NCBI RefSeq assembly: GCF_006345805.1
Contig: NC_043014.1
Span: 35,960,001-36,024,000, forward strand
Reading direction: 5' to 3'
Source of the DNA: Octopus sinensis
Taxonomy: Eukaryota
Length of the DNA stretch: 64,000 nt
Shown: positions 41,179-54,143 of the stretch, in pieces
Position numbering within the stretch: position 1 is the first letter of the stretch
Layout: the number at the start of each line of letters is the position of its first letter
The notes under the pieces: generated by a model
Told to the model about the DNA's origin: nothing
Seen by the model: the letters and a program-made list of their open reading frames with translations, nothing else
Databases searched by the model: none
Program-made: the position numbers and the translations under genes

Positions 41179-41231
41179 CTTAACTCTATTTCGTGAGTGA
41201 TAGGACTGCTGCAAGGTTGTTGTCTGTGTGT
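41179..41231 (-). CDS. Candidate small internal exon of the same gene (TQTTTLQQSYHSRNRVK)
   Basis: Pyrimidine tract, then ttcag|, an open frame ending in phase 0 (compatible with the terminal exon), and donor AAG|gtacca. The donor is weak and alternative in-frame acceptors exist. Confidence 0.3.
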
Positions 41232-41874
41232 CTGAATGTGTATGCATGGACGTAAAAGTGAGGCAGGCAAATAGAAAAGCAGGCATGCAACAAAGCTGAA
41301 CAATGCATGCAATAATCATTTTTTTTTTTTATATATGCACAAATACATACAATCCACATTACTGTTTTTTAATGTCCATTTTCCCATGCTGGTGTCATCC
41401 GCTGATAGAGTTCTCTCTCACACATATGTATTTAGATTAGTAGTTCTATATTGCTAATACAAACAGAAGTGTGTATGCAATACTAAGTAGAGTGACGTGT
41501 GCAAGTACAAGTGCATGTGCGTGTGTACGAACACAGAGAAAATACATGTACACATGCATTTTGAGAGCAATATTAGATCCCTGATTTGAAAAAATACACA
41601 AATATGTTTTGTACCATTTTGTATATACTTACATATATATATTCACAAAGAGACATACACACATGCATATATACAAAATATGTATATTTATAGAGAGAGA
41701 GAGAGAGAGAGTTGAGGAAGGGAGAACTAATTTGCTTTAAATAAATATACATAAATATGCTTAATAAACACACATGTGGCCTTGCCACAAAAAGATTCTA
41801 TGATTAAATTGTAGAGCAGACCAAGCAACTCAACTAGTTTTGCCTGTCTTTACAAGCTTGTCAGGAATACTTAC

Positions 41875-41884
41875 TTCATCCAAT
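41875..41884 (-). CDS. Candidate 10-nt microexon (attggatgaa)
   Basis: Long C/T tract ctcttattcaccctccctcactcacttttgccag| followed by 10 nt and a consensus donor |gtaagt. Confidence 0.25.
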
Positions 41885-42153
41885 CTGGCAAAAGTGAGTG
41901 AGGGAGGGTGAATAAGAGTAGTTTACAGTCATACTGAAAAATGTGATGAAGAACCATTGGCAATCCATATTAATCAGCTAAAATACTGAGCCTTTAACTC
42001 TTTAAAGGATGCTGACAAGCCATCCCAGGACTTTAGATAATTAACATGCACCACCAAAGAATGTATGCAAATGAACAAAAGTATTTTTTTTTTTTCATAA
42101 ATAATTGGAAACATCTCTTTTTCCTTCTCACTCTCTCTGTTTCTTCCTCTAAT

Positions 42154-42549
42154 TCTATATATATATATATAAAGCTGAAGTTGTCTGTGTATGGCAGGTT
42201 TGGTAGCCTTCAACTAACACTATCTCCTCCGAGACCTTGCGGCGCAACTTGACCAAAATTGAGAGTATGATAGAAGAAGGCTTGCTCTTCATTCCGTAGA
42301 AGATAAAATTCAAATCGGACCATGTTAAGACCAAAAATTATTTACATCAAAAAGGTGCTTTTTTTCTATGAAAATCCCTATTTTTTACGATTTTTTTACT
42401 GCTGTGTCGCCATTTTTCAGTGTATTTCAACCAGAAAAATGTTCACTTAAAGAGAATAACAAGCTACATAATGCAAACTTTTTACTTTTCAAAAATTCCA
42501 ATTCTAAAGGGTCAAAACAAACCCAAGCAATGCGGGGCGATACTGCTAG
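42154..42549 (+). mobile_element. Non-autonomous Helitron
   Basis: 5' TC(TA)n start; 3' GC-rich imperfect hairpin cccaagcaatgcggg about 10 nt before CTAG|T. Confidence 0.7.
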
Positions 42550-43106
42550 TATTGATAAAAGCAAAGTCTCCTGATGAGTTTGTGAAGACAGCTGAAAGGG
42601 TCATGTAGTTTAATCCCAAAGCAAAATGTATGCTTATTAAGCCTACACATCAAAATTTATAGACAATTGATCAATAAAGAGGTTGTTTTAGTCCTTTACA
42701 CATGCACGCATACACAGATACATACATATATATAAATATATATGTATATAAAGGCCAAAGATATATAATTTCTGCATACTTATTTCAGGAAATCATGAAA
42801 TGAGTTTAAGAAAAGCAAAAATGAATTCAATTTAGATTGGTATAAAGTAAATTTAATAGAAGGAAAATTAATATACTTAGCCACTGACATCATACTGATA
42901 ACTGAAAACAGACAGAACTTGACTTAATTTTGGAAAACCATTATTAAGTCCAGTGAAAATGCTGAACTTTTCTTCAATATCAGTAAATCAAAAATATTGA
43001 CAATATTACCATATAGAATATAGCTGCAGAGATACATGGTTACCCAGGTGTCAGTTTTCAACTACCTAATATTTCACTACAGTTATTCAGGACATAAGAG
43101 ATGAGT

Positions 43107-43333
43107 TTAACCCTTTAGTATTTAAACCGGCCATATCCGGCCAAAATAGCTAATCTGTTTTATGTTCAAACTGACCAGATCCAGGCCCTCACACTTACCC
43201 TACAATGTTATTCTACATTAAGTAATTACACCATCAAGATCTTGAAGATATGAGATAATGCATGATTAATTCAAATCAATGGGAATCAATAGGCATTATG
43301 TTTGATAGAATAATCTGAACAATAAAGGGTTAA
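43107..43333. mobile_element. piggyBac-like MITE family 1 (related or partial copies near 2360-2555, 18200-18427, 26280-26520)
   Basis: TTAA-CCCTTT...AAAGGG-TTAA ends, about 225 bp. Confidence 0.75.
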
Positions 43334-43959
43334 GGCCAAATAATCCAAAGGGCATTCCTATATGCCAAAAACCTAGTTCTCATAGCTGAATCTAACAAAA
43401 ATTTTGAGAAGAAATCCCAAATCTAGAAACAAAACCCAATATGAAAAAAAAAAAATGTGTTAGTTTGCGGCAAATTTGATGGAACGCTACTACCATCATG
43501 GAAGTAGCCAAGAATCATAAGCAGAGAAAGAAGTAGATTAGACCTCTTTACTTAGTATTCAATGTAAACCATCGATGTAGTAGCGTCACTTACAAGCTGA
43601 CAAAGAAGTTTACTTTGGCTGTAGCAGATTCTATATATTAAGTAAAAAGTCTTGCTGTCATCATTGTCTCAGCTCACTATGTTAATTGGGTTTTGGTGTA
43701 CCCAAGTCAGTTGGTGACTCTTTGACCCTGCATAAATTACTATTCTGTAATATAATTTGTAACTACCCCTGTAGGTACATATACATGTATATGGTTGGTA
43801 CATTTGTAGACACCTCAATTGTAATGTATAAATATAAAATACTATCCATTTCTTCACAGGGAATAGTTTTGATCTATGGATGTCTGAGTTATGGAACCAA
43901 CATGCTTCCATTGTACCAATCCACTCAACAAGTGATTGAGAATATATATATATATATAT

Positions 43960-44146
43960 TGATAAAAATGGTAAGACAACAAAAAAATGAAAGAGACCTC
44001 GATATTATGTAAATAGAGGAATTTATCTGTAAATGTAATATGTGACAATTATTCGGTAGCCATGATAAAACTCCAAGTTTCGGATGCTGAGGTGGAACTC
44101 CACGCCGCCATCTCTTCAGTTATCTGGCCATCAGAAAAATGCTAGC
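43960..44146 (-). mobile_element. About 190-bp hammerhead-bearing unit between two (TA)n runs (Penelope pseudo-LTR-like)
   Basis: Contains the 44064-44124 motif. TA runs on both sides. Its end is repeated in inverted form at 45741-45776. Confidence 0.6.
44064..44124 (-). ncRNA. Minimal type-I hammerhead-ribozyme motif
   Basis: Minus strand: GAUAA-CUGAAGA-GAUG..GUGGAguUCCAC..CAUC-C-GAAAC-UUGGA-GUU-UUAUC. Stem I is 5 bp, stem III is very short, and there is one unpaired C at the base of stem II. Confidence 0.65.
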
Positions 44147-44284
44147 TATATATATATACATATACATATATACACATATATATATACATATATATATATA
44201 CATATATATACATATATACACATATATATATATACATATATATATATACATATATATATACATATAACACATATATATATATAC

Positions 44285-44322
<38 letters not shown>

Positions 44323-44475
44323 ATATATATATACATATAACACATATATATATACATATATACACATATATATATACATATATATATACATATATACACA
44401 TATATATATACATATATATATACATATATACACATATATATATACATATATATATACATATATACATATATATAT

Positions 44476-44522
<47 letters not shown>

Positions 44523-44577
44523 ATATACATATATACACATATATATATATACATATATATATACATATATACACATA

Positions 44578-44629
<52 letters not shown>

Positions 44630-44675
44630 TACACATATATATATATACATATATATATACATATATACACACATA

Positions 44676-44717
<42 letters not shown>

Positions 44718-45700
44718 CATATACATAGATACACATATATATTATACATATATATATACATATATACACATATATATACATTATACACATATATATATAC
44801 ATATACACACATATATATATACATATACACACATATATATATATCATATATATATACATATATACACATATATATATACATATATACACATATATATATA
44901 TATACACACATATATATACATATACACATATATATACATATATACACATATATATATACATATATACATATATAACATATATATAATATATACATATATA
45001 TATATACATATTATATATACATTATATATTATATATATATATACATATATAATATATATATATATATATACACATATATATATAACATATATATATATAT
45101 ATATACATATAACATATATACATATACATATATATATATACATATACATATATATACATATACATATATATATATATACATATACATATATACATATACA
45201 TATATACATATATATATATATATACATATATATATTATACATATATATATATACATATATATAATATATATATACATATATACATATATAATACATATAT
45301 ATACATATACATATATACATATACATATTATACATATACATATATACATATACACATACATATATATAATATATATATACTATACATATACATATATACA
45401 TATACATATATACAATACATATATACATATACATATACATATACAATATACATATACATATACATATATATATATACATATACACATATACATATACATA
45501 TATATACATATACATATATACATATACATATATTACATATACATATATATATATACATATATACATATACATATATACACATATATATTACATATATACA
45601 TATACACATATACATATATACATATACATATATACATATACATATATACATATACATATATACATATACATATATACATATACATATATACATATATATC

Positions 45701-45740
<40 letters not shown>
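44147..45740. repeat. 1.6-kb compound (TA)n/(TACA)n array
   Basis: Direct inspection. Confidence 0.95.
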
Positions 45741-45743
<3 letters not shown>

Positions 45744-45820
45744 CATTTTTCTGATGGCCAGATAACTGAAGAGATGACATAATAAGAACTAATGTAACCC
45801 AGAACACAATAAAAGAACTA

Positions 45821-45863
<43 letters not shown>

Positions 45864-46772
45864 CATATACATATATATACATATACAATATATATATATA
45901 TAGTTCTTTTATTGTGTTCTGGGTTACATTAGTTCTTATTATGTCATCTGTCATTGTTATTTATTTCTATGCATTGGACTTTGTTGAATGCATGAAATAC
46001 AATAACTATATAATACATGCTGCAGCACTGAAAATATTTGTTTAGTTTCTGAAGGGTGACAGTTCACTCAGAGAGTAGCATTTGACAAACCATAGGCATA
46101 GATCTCTGCATTGCAAATTTTCTGAGTGTCTCGTCATTTGCTACTTTGAGATCAGCCAGGAGCAAATCAGTTCTATAAATGTTTCCTCAGCACAGCACTG
46201 CATAGCAAGCAAGCAAGCTTGGAAGTACATAGAGATAATGAGTTAGCGTTAAGAGCATTGGTGAAATGGATTTTTACAAATGCTTGGAAGGCACTGCAAT
46301 ACCAGGCCAACCCGTGGCAAAGGTGGAGCAAGACCCTAACACTTCGCCTCGTTCTAAAAATCAGTTTAATATCGATGGCCCCAAATAGGGACCATATCAG
46401 ATATTACGATGATAAGAACACATACTACACTTTGATCTTAGCCAAAAGGCTGCAAAGAGCACCATACGAGTGTGATCGTTGATAGAGAGGCTATGCGACG
46501 ATGATGAAGGTTTCCTAGAATGAGCTGATAGCTTCTGTTACTAGGCTACTTAATTAGTAGCAGGTGGGAAAATATTCAAGGAGCTTATAACCTCACTTGA
46601 CAACAAAGGGATTCCATCTCCAAATAAAGAACAGATTGTACAGCGCATGTGCGCAGAGCGAAATGTTGCATAGGGGTGAAAAATGAGAATGACAAATGAA
46701 GTACCAAGCTTAAAAAAGAAGTACCAGGGTTGATTCATTTAGTTAACATTCTTTAAGGCCAGTCTAATGAAT

Positions 46773-47195
46773 CATCATCATCATCGTTTAACGTCCGCTT
46801 TCTATGCTAGCATGGGTGGACGATTTGACTGAGGTCTGGTGAACCAGACTCCAATCTGATCTGGCAGAGTTTCTACAGCTGGATGCCCTTCCTAATGCCA
46901 ACCACTCCGAGAGTGTAGTGGGTGCTTTTACGTGCCACCGGGTCGAGGGCCAGTTAGGTGGTACTGGCAACGGTCACGCTCAAATGGTGCTTTTTATGTG
47001 CCACCTGCACAGGAGCCAGTCCAGCGGCACTGGCAACAATCTCACTCAAATGATTTTTTCACGTGCCACCAGCACAATTGCTAGTAAGGCAACACAGGTA
47101 ACGATCACGCTCGAATGGTGTTTTTAACATGCCATCGGCACGAAGGCCAGCTTGTTGCTCTGGCAACGATCTCACTCGTATGGTACTCTTAGCGC
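46773..47195 (-). mobile_element. RTE LINE 3'-UTR fragment (other copies: 1236-1405 -, 27440-27700 -, 29195-29395 +, 40605-40900 -, 53742-53900 -)
   Basis: catcatcatcgtttaacgtccgc...ctggatgcccttcctaatgccaacc signature. Confidence 0.75.
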
Positions 47196-47704
47196 TCAGT
47201 TAAAAAGTAAAGATAATTTATGTTGTTTTAATTACCCAGCCTTGCAATGGTATTCATTGTACTGGTTTAAAGATCTCTTCTGTTTGTGTGTAAAGTAATG
47301 CTAGACATAACCTAATTTCTCAGGTGCCTCTAGCTAGTTGGTTGGCAGAAGACCTAGGATGGCATGAGGAAGAGACAGGGATGAGGTTGAGAGAGCTGCC
47401 TGTTGTGTATAAAATGAAGGAAAATAAAAACAAAATAACTGTAATTTGCCTGTAACATGAGCCTGTTAAAAGATTTTTTTCTCTTATTGATTGTTGCCAT
47501 AGGAACGAACACCTGTGCATCAGAGTTGATAGATTTCAGATGCTCATGGCAGTGGGGGATGGCACAGTAAATGAATGACTGACTGAATGAATAAATAAAT
47601 TAATAAACCTGTCACTCCTCACCCCTCACCACCAAAAAAAAAAAAAAAAAAAAAAAAAATCGATGCCCTCATTCTCTTTCCTTTTTCTCCCTCACTTCAT
47701 TAAC

Positions 47705-48010
47705 TCTTTTACTTGTTTCAGTCATTTGACTGTGGCCATGCCGGAGCACCGCCTTTAGACAAGCAAATCGACCCCAGGACTTATTCTTTGTAAGCCTAGT
47801 ACTTATCCTATCAGTCTTTTTTGCTGAACCACTAAGTTATGGGGACATAAACACACCACCATCAGTTGTCAAGCAATGATATGAGGACAAACACAGACAC
47901 ACAAACATATACACAAATACGTATATATATATATACAACGGGCTTCTTTCAGTTTCCATCTATCAAATCCACTCACAAGGCTTTGGTCGGCCCGAGGCTA
48001 TAGTAAAAGA
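47705..48010 (-). mobile_element. SINE family A, 5'-truncated
   Basis: Homology stops at gaggctatagta. Confidence 0.8.
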
Positions 48011-48698
48011 GGCAGTAAAATGTAATGGAGATGGACATAAAACTAGTTATAAGGTACTTTTACCTGATTCATAGTCAACTAAGTGTGTTCATGCGTATGC
48101 TTATGCACATTCATGTATAAGTACTAAAGTACATGTATCTGTGTGTACATGGAAGCCATAGACAATATGTTCAGTAAGCATAATACACCATGGCTAAATC
48201 ACAGAGTATTCAGTAAATTGAAGTAAGGCCCAGATGAGCTAGTCTTGTCTTCTTTAGGAGTGTGCACTTTAGCTTGTTTATGGGTAAGAATCTCCTCAGG
48301 GTAATATTTGCCAAAAATTACATATGCAGATTGTCAGATCCTTGAACAGACTACAAAGGAAACTGTTTTTCCTCGTACTGAATTTTATTATAGACATATC
48401 GTTGCTATTACGCAAAAGTGTTGTAAGTATAAAATGTTGCATTTTCAGGAAACGAAAAAACAGTTTCACCATTTCATTTCTTTTTATATTAGAAAGCTTC
48501 AACTTAACAATAATACTTTGTGGGGCACATTATTTTTTAAATGCCTTAAGAAAATGTTTAGCCAGAATATCCTAAGGCTCAAATGTCTCAACCCTTCCTT
48601 AAGACCATTGTGACAATTTCCCAAACCCACTCAGCAAACATCATTCAAGCATTCAACTTAACCCCACCCTCTACCTCCACTTTACAGATAACCCTGCA

Positions 48699-49720
48699 AT
48701 GCCACCTATGAGAACAGGAGCTTGCATTGGTAGACTGTCCCATGCTGCTGTCAAAGCCAGAAGATATTGGGATAATGAAATGCAAGACCAAAGGTCTCAT
48801 AGACTGTCCCAGCAGGCTGCCTATGATGCTGCTGCCTGTGCAGTACACATACCTACAACTTCTGAAACCATTAAGGCTTCAAAGTCTGAAGAAGAACTTG
48901 TGGCTCGCCGAGCCCATTTTAGGGCGACTTTCTGTTGGTAGGACTACCAAGTCACGTCTTTCTAAAAATGCTTCAGCTGCACAGTTGCAGACTCTCCACA
49001 ACAGTACACAGTTTGAAGGAAGTATAATGCTGAAACTACTGCCACTGTAAAGGCTTCTCAGTCACCACAACAATGCACAGCCTGGAGGGTATGTAATGCT
49101 AAATCTACAGCTGCTACTGCTGCACAGGTTGCAGAATCACTAGCACAGTGCACCAGCCAAATGAAGTGCACTACTGACACTACTGCTGCTACAAAGGCTG
49201 CAGAGTTACCAGTTCAGTACACAAATCACCAGGCTTTGAATAATGCTTTAATGTCCATTGCAAGGGCTTCAGAAACAGATGAGCAAAGGACAATGTGACT
49301 TCAAACCAATGCAAACTTGAAGGCTCTGTGTAGTGGCACATCAAAACCATCAGTCGGTTGGTGGGCTTTTAAAGCACTTCACTATGACCCTACGCTTCCC
49401 ACCATGATATCATTAGACATATGTCCATCATTTGTCCATTCCGTGCAGCACGCAAGTGACTAGGTGAACTCATGGGGTTATGCTGCTCAATCGGAAAGGT
49501 TTGCTGGAAATACATCCAACCTCAGAACTTCTGAAGCCTCTACTACTTGGTGACCATCACAATTCACCGCACTTCATCAGAAACATTTGGCCATGTTTGT
49601 CATGGACCAACAGATTTTTGGTATCTGATGATATGCCATAAAGCTAAACCCTTTATGGATGGGAAACCTAAAGTAATCTCATAAACCAGCCTCCCCATTT
49701 TTAATGTGTATATATATATA

Positions 49721-49759
<39 letters not shown>

Positions 49760-49866
49760 TACGATAAAGATAGTTATGGCTATAACTATCATTATCTAAT
49801 TTACTCTACTGCTCTATAACTTCTCTTTTTTATGTGCTTCTCTTTCGGATTTATGATTTACTGACA

Positions 49867-49914
<48 letters not shown>

Positions 49915-50510
49915 AGTATATATACATATTTACAAGGTTCGGGATGAAGTCAACTAAGTGATGGACTAATTACAGCAACCATCAGCTGTCCAATTATGCT
50001 GCCATCATCATACACTGGCAAACCACGTTACATGCATCAGAAAATGTAGGACATACAAATGTAAGTGCAATTACACAATTGCCCAGATCTATTCATCAAT
50101 TTAACCAGTAATCCAAAATGGGATGAGTTTACAGAAAACCTACTCCCTAGAAGGCAAATCGATCATCATGACATCACCGCCAGAGTGGCCCACTTAAAGG
50201 TCCATAGAATGATTGATCTATTCAAAAAAGGTGAAATCTTTGGATCTACTCAATGTTCATGTATACTACTGAGTAGCAAAAGAAAGGTTCGCCACATGTC
50301 CATATCTTACTTTCGCTGGTCAATAAAATGCAATCAACTAATGTGGATGCCGCTTTTAGCACAGAATTTCCAGACCCTACAAACAATCCACTTCTCTATA
50401 ACATCATTAAAAACATGGTTTATGGACCATTCAGATATTACAATACAAAGTCACCATGTAAGGAAAATGGCAAATGTTCAAAAAGCTAATCCCATCAGCT
50501 ACAGCCTGAA
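48699..50510 (+). mobile_element. Decayed autonomous Helitron, N-terminal/Rep part of RepHel
   Basis: N-terminus MPPMRTGACIGRLSHAAVKARR; Cys cluster (ICPF..K*LGELMGLCC) near 49430-49500; LPSSYTGKPRYMHQ, CPDLFINLTSNPKW, and HUH motif PHVHILL at 50293-50313. Interrupted by TA arrays and cut off by a SINE at about 50520. Confidence 0.85.
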
Positions 50511-50519
50511 ACACAGATC

Positions 50520-50915
50520 TCTTTTACTCTTTTACTTGTTTCAGTCATTTGACTGCGGCCATGCTGGAGCACCGCCTTTAGTCGAGCAGATCGACCCCAG
50601 GACTTATTCTTTGGAAGCCTAGTACTTATTCTATCAGTCTCTTGTTGCCGAACCGCTAAGTTACGGGGACATAAACACACACCACCATCGGTTGTCAAAC
50701 GATGTTGAGGGGGACAAACAGACACACAAACACACACACATATATATATATATACGACGGGCTTCTTTCAGTTTCCGTCAACCAAATTCAGTCACAAGGC
50801 TTTGGTTGGCCCAAGGCTATAGTAGAAGACACTTGCCCAAGGTGCCACGCAGTGGGAATGAACCCGGAACCATGTGGTTCATAAGCAAGCTACTTACCAC
50901 ACAGCCACGCCTGTA
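50520..50915 (-). mobile_element. SINE family A at the truncation point of the Helitron remnant
   Basis: Homologous to 12749-13145. Confidence 0.85.
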
Positions 50916-51266
50916 CCTTCAATAATATACATATATGCTATAGAGCAAACGGAACAACTTTAGAATGAAATATCTATATACACATGCACACACACACACA
51001 CAAATAATATATACATATACACACGCATCCAAGTGTATAAACATAGAAACATGAACATACATGATCGCAAAAGTATTAAACATACTTTTGTATCTAAACA
51101 TAAATGATATATAATTAATTAACCTTCCATCAAAACGAATCCATACTTGAGAACCAATATAATAACTTAGGAAGAAAACACACACATACATGGGAATATG
51201 TATATATAAAACACATGCACACACAATAATACATAAACAAAGGCATCCATACTTGTTTAATATATA

Positions 51267-51619
51267 TAAAATATTATTGGTGAATTGAAGAAATGGAGCT
51301 GAACGAAGATTGAATAGAAAACGTTTTATTTCATTCTACACGTGTTTCGAAAGGCACAATTTACCAAAATCCGATTGAAATGCCTTTCGAAACACGTGTA
51401 GAATGAAATAAAACGATTTCTGTTCAATCTTCGTTCAGCTCCATTTCTTCAATTCACCAATAATATTTTAATCTCAATTATCCGCACCAACGCACGGTTG
51501 CAACACCATATGGTTGTACCTCCAACCGTGCTGTTTTCTGCTGAGATTTTTGCTACCAAGGTATCGGTTAAACTTTTGATTAATCTGCTACAAGATTATT
51601 CATCTCTCTATTTCACATA

Positions 51620-51656
<37 letters not shown>

Positions 51657-52022
51657 ATAAAATATTATTGGTGAATTGAAGAAATGGAGCTGAACGAAGA
51701 TTGAATAGAAAACGTTTTATTTCATTCTACACGTGTTTCGAAAGGCACAATTTACCAAAATCCGATTGAATCGGATTTTGGTAAATTGTGCCTTTCGAAC
51801 ACGTGTAGAATGAAATAAAACGTTTTCTATTCAATCTTCGTTCAGCTCCATTTCTTCAATTCACCATAATATTTTAATTTCAATTATCCGCACCAATGCA
51901 CGGTTGCAACACCATATGGTTGTACCTCCAACCGTGCTGTTTTCTGCTGTGATTTTTGCTACCAAGGTATCGGTTAAACTTTTGATTAATCTGCTACAAG
52001 ATTATTCATCTTTCTATTTCAC

Positions 52023-52026
<4 letters not shown>
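51267..52026. repeat. Tandem dimer (391-bp period) of a unit containing a ~220-bp palindrome; Penelope pseudo-LTR-like
   Basis: Copy 2 arms 51658-51767 / 51769-51876 with a 1-nt centre. Copy 1 has 18 nt replaced by 1 nt at the tip. Arms contain GAAAC-ACGT-GTA followed by AAATAAA. Units are separated and flanked by (TA)n. Confidence 0.85.
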
Positions 52027-52062
<36 letters not shown>

Positions 52063-52322
52063 CATGCATTTAGATACACATATATATAGACACACATACA
52101 TACAAGCATGAACTGGGATTTATTTCAGTTTATTTCACCATCATGCATTCTATTTTATTTACTCTATTTTATTTTATTCCTGCTTTATTTACTATATATT
52201 TATTCAATTTTTACTTTTTTATTTATTATTTTGTATTTTTATTTCATTTTTATCGTATCTTTACTTTATTTCTGTTCATATATAAATTAATTTGTATACC
52301 TAAAGAAGTAAATTGGAAAGAA

Positions 52323-52354
<32 letters not shown>

Positions 52355-52853
52355 CAATGCACATAATTATATTGATGTACCTAGGTGCATATACAAACAC
52401 ACATGTACAAACAAGTATAAATTTTGTTTCACTTTCACTTTGTTTTATTCCATGAACATAAATTTTATTTTAATTTCTTTTATTCATCATATTACTTTAC
52501 CTGTATATTATACAACCCATCATTAATGATTATCATAATTATTATTACTGAATTGAAATAAAAGGAATAATTTTAACGCATGTGTACCCACACTCATAAA
52601 CATACACACAGTAAACATGTCTGTATATTCTGTGTATTCCAAAAGTATCCTAGTGTAATCCTTATTGTCCTCTGCATACCCTGATGATTTTCCATACAAG
52701 GTATTTAAAATGCAAAATGATATATTAATGTTTTCTAATTTTAATTTTGTTTGTGAAATGAAAAAAATTCCTGGTGAATACATTGATGAATTAATAAATT
52801 AATTTGTATTTATTAGATCCATTAGATCTCTCTGCATCTATGAAGCATGAAGT

Positions 52854-52901
52854 TTTGTCAGTGAACAGGTCATGGTCAGAGAGCGACAAAAATATTTTGA
52901 C
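52854..52901 (+). ncRNA. Decayed second copy of the G3:C8 hammerhead-like motif
   Basis: tttgtca-GTGAACA-g-gtc...gac-AAAA-atattt-tgac. G12 is mutated to A. Downstream sequence is homologous to 25768-25848 up to about 52975. Confidence 0.5.
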
Positions 52902-53674
52902 CCAAATTAAATTTAAATGCTTTTTTTTATGTGTTCTTAAATGGCTTACAAACATTTTCCACACTGCAATTGTCTTTGAAAATTAACTGTTCAAGTGGTT
53001 TTTTGTTTTCCTTGAATGGCTAACAAATATCTTTGAAGTTGCAATTGATATATATATATGAAATGTATATATAATGTAAAGAAACTGCAAAACCCCTCGT
53101 GAAAAATAGCAATCCAAGATTTCATGGATGAAATACGTAAATATTTTACTAATGATCCGATACTAATGATCCAATAAAGTAGAGACCTAGCAGATGAAAT
53201 ACTACAAAGCAGTTATTAACAAAATTTTTTTTCTTTTTTTTTTTTTTTGCATAATCATATCACTTCCACTATGCTTAGAACAATTGAAAAACTTATGTAA
53301 AAATTTGTAAAGATAAAAAAGTTATGAGGGGTTTTAGCACATGCCTAAATCAATTCCGCCAAGTTATCAGCTTGCAAAAAATATTTTTAGATGCCTTATA
53401 TCACAAAAGCAAACCAAACTGTACGTATAGATCATAAGATGAACTAAAAATTTCAAATAGCTTTGACAATAATTATTGTTTTCACGCATGTGCATAAACA
53501 CGTACTTCAGTCTGGAAAATGCTAAAACCAGTTAACGTGTATCACGGAGCATGTGTAACAGGACATACAGAGAAACACCTAATAATCCAATATATATGTG
53601 TGTGTGTGTATATAACTTTATAAATATAAGGGTAAAATCTATTAAATAGCATGTGTAATAAGAGAATATATATA

Positions 53675-53739
<65 letters not shown>

Positions 53740-54102
53740 CATTTAACACTCATTTTCCATGCTGGTATGGGTGGATAGTTTGATAGAAGGTTAGTAAGCT
53801 TCACTTGCCTGTTTTTGGCATGGTTTCTAAGGTTGGATGCCCTTACTAATGCCAACCACTTTTCTGAGTGTACTGGGTGCGTTTTACATGGCACCATCCC
53901 AGGTGAGAGAGAGACAGACAGACAGGCAGACAGACAGGAATAATCTGTAGATATCCATTACTAGAGGTGAATATGATGATTACTGAAAGTGTGGTAGCAG
54001 GTACCATGCTTTCATTAATAGTTGCAAGTGGTTTCATTGTTGCTAGCTGACAACTTCTCAGCCTCTCGACTCATGACCTAGTGGAGCATCCAGAATGTGA
54101 TA

Positions 54103-54143
<41 letters not shown>

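Noticed and set aside
42571-42605. CTGATGA...GAAA as a hammerhead
   Set aside because: Stem II is poor, and stems I and III cannot form.
46640-46655. gcgcatgtgcgc as an NRF1-like promoter motif
   Set aside because: An imperfect single motif with no other promoter evidence.
47320-47410. Strong minus-strand acceptor at about 47408
   Set aside because: All frames stop within about 80 nt and there is no convincing donor.
50065-50622. 185-aa ORF as a host gene
   Set aside because: A frameshifted Helitron Rep fragment running into a SINE.
53968-54050. Hydrophobic TM-like peptide MITESVVAGTMLSLIVASGFIVAS
   Set aside because: On the opposite strand to the gene, ends in a stop, and has no splice sites.
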